64,000 nt of DNA from Stegostoma tigrinum (lineage: Eukaryota): contig NC_081391.1 of NCBI RefSeq assembly GCF_030684315.1, positions 6,738,178 to 6,802,177 on the forward strand, in the 5' to 3' direction. Numbering within the stretch: position 1 is the first letter of the stretch; every line of letters begins with the position of its first letter. The notes beneath the pieces are model-generated. The model worked only from the letters and a program-made list of their open reading frames with translations, had not been told where the DNA came from and made no database searches. Shown here piece by piece: positions 62,681-64,000 of the stretch. A program made the position numbers and the translations under genes.

Positions 62681-63529
62681 TGACTCTTAATGGAACTGCA
62701 CTGTAAATGCAACAGACACCAGATTCCTGGAGCTGTGTGCCTGACTGGTATTTTTGTGCAACCTTTCAGTCTTTACCTGTTAATTCACTATCGGCGTTGA
62801 TTTTTTTTCCTTTTTGCAAAAACAGTTAGTGCTAGAAGTAGTAATCAGGGTAGAGCTTGGTAACAATGTTATCTTCCAGTTATACCTTGCTATATTTCCA
62901 TGTATGTTCTGCTGGCTTGTTCCATTTATCGTGATCATGGGCAGAGTTTGGTGTTTGTATTTCAAAGTAGGTTTTACAGAAACAGTGAATGCATTTACTT
63001 TCTGTCCTTTGCCCTGCTGGTTTACCCCCCACCCCAAAAAAAAAGGAAGTTGATCTTTGTGTTGTGTGCTGCTGCTGTCTGGACTTGTAGAATGGTATAG
63101 GTGTTTTCTTCCTACCCTGTGATCCGTCACATCTCCCAAATGCCTCATGTGATATCGGGAATGATGAGTAGATGGTAGGGAGAAATTGTAAAATTGAGCA
63201 TGTGCTCTCATGCTTTGTATTTGCCTTTAGCTTTTTGGAAAGCAAAACATTTTATTGGTGATTTCCTTTCATTTGCTCACAAAAATATCCCTATATTTCG
63301 ATGTATTTTAACAGTAAATTTTAAATGGTATTCGGTGTGAAAACTGTTCACTGGATGTTAATCGTGCGAAAATGTTTTGACTCAGTTTAAAATTAGGATT
63401 GACTGAGACCAACACTTGTGGTTTGAATTATTTTGGTCTCTTTCTATCTCTGACTACAGCTGATTTTATTTGTGTCCAGTTTGCTGATCTAGAACCAGGC
63501 CTGGTTTGTGCAAGATCAGAGGATATTTT

Positions 63530-63670
63530 TATAGAGTCAGAGTCATACAGCACAGAAACAGATCTTTTGATCCGACTCGTCCATGCTGAACATAATCCCG
63601 AACTAAACTTGTCCAACCTGCCTGCTCTTGGCCAATATCCCTCCAGACGTTTCCTATTCATATATCCAAA
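63530..63670 (-). mobile_element. CR1 3' end fragment
   Basis: atagagtcagagtcatacagcacagaaacagat..ttcctattcatatatcca. Confidence 0.75.
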
Positions 63671-64000
63671 CCATTTAAGTTGGTCTTGGTTCAAAAATGG
63701 GGTTTCTGCCAGTGGCTACCTGGTAAATAGAGTAGAAAAACTGGATTTTCATTAGAATGTGGAGTGGTCTTTTTTTTTTATTTGATATGATCTCTCCTAA
63801 TTCCTTTTTCCTATGACTTCCTCCCACTTTGAGCATGGATTCAATGCCCATTTTGCTTTTAAAATGATTGAAAGAGATTGTGTTGAAACAGCTCACAGTG
63901 AGGTTGAAAGGCTTTGTGGTTTTGGTAGAGCAAATTTTATATTTAACAGAAAGCAACTCTGAAGTAGGTGTGATCTAAGTATATAGTGCTCTGGTCAAAC

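Noticed and set aside
1-64000. CRISPR arrays, operons, genuine tRNA/rRNA genes
   Set aside because: The sequence is vertebrate intron. The tRNA-like A/B boxes belong to SINE heads, and I saw no regular repeat-spacer array.

Overview
Vertebrate genomic DNA that is AT-rich, CpG-depleted and dense in repeats. The repeat set (HE1/V-SINEs, Deu-domain SINEs, many CR1 LINE fragments, Penelope-like elements) points to a cartilaginous fish, most likely a shark; this is inference. Nearly the whole window is intron of a + strand gene that I identify as MRTFA (MKL1). The identification rests on one clear coding exon at 15502-15709 (VDLPNEVSLPP...APSPQSEAVTNELQELTLQ...PLNKRKN), which appears to start at a GTG codon. 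The next exon (VLQLKLQQRR, RPEL1) was not found in the window. Five things stand out: (1) the conserved non-AUG start; (2) a candidate 120-nt in-frame cassette exon at 30924-31043; (3) several families of short, often fold-back Penelope-derived insertions carrying minimal hammerhead-ribozyme motifs and 12-16 bp target-site duplications; (4) a ~200-bp-arm inverted repeat at 42700-43114 with a near-intact hammerhead at its apex; (5) a two-segment locally templated insertion with microhomology at all three junctions (49837-50097). Almost all ORFs in the supplied track are spurious or are transposon fragments. Repeat family names and boundaries come from reading by eye and are approximate.
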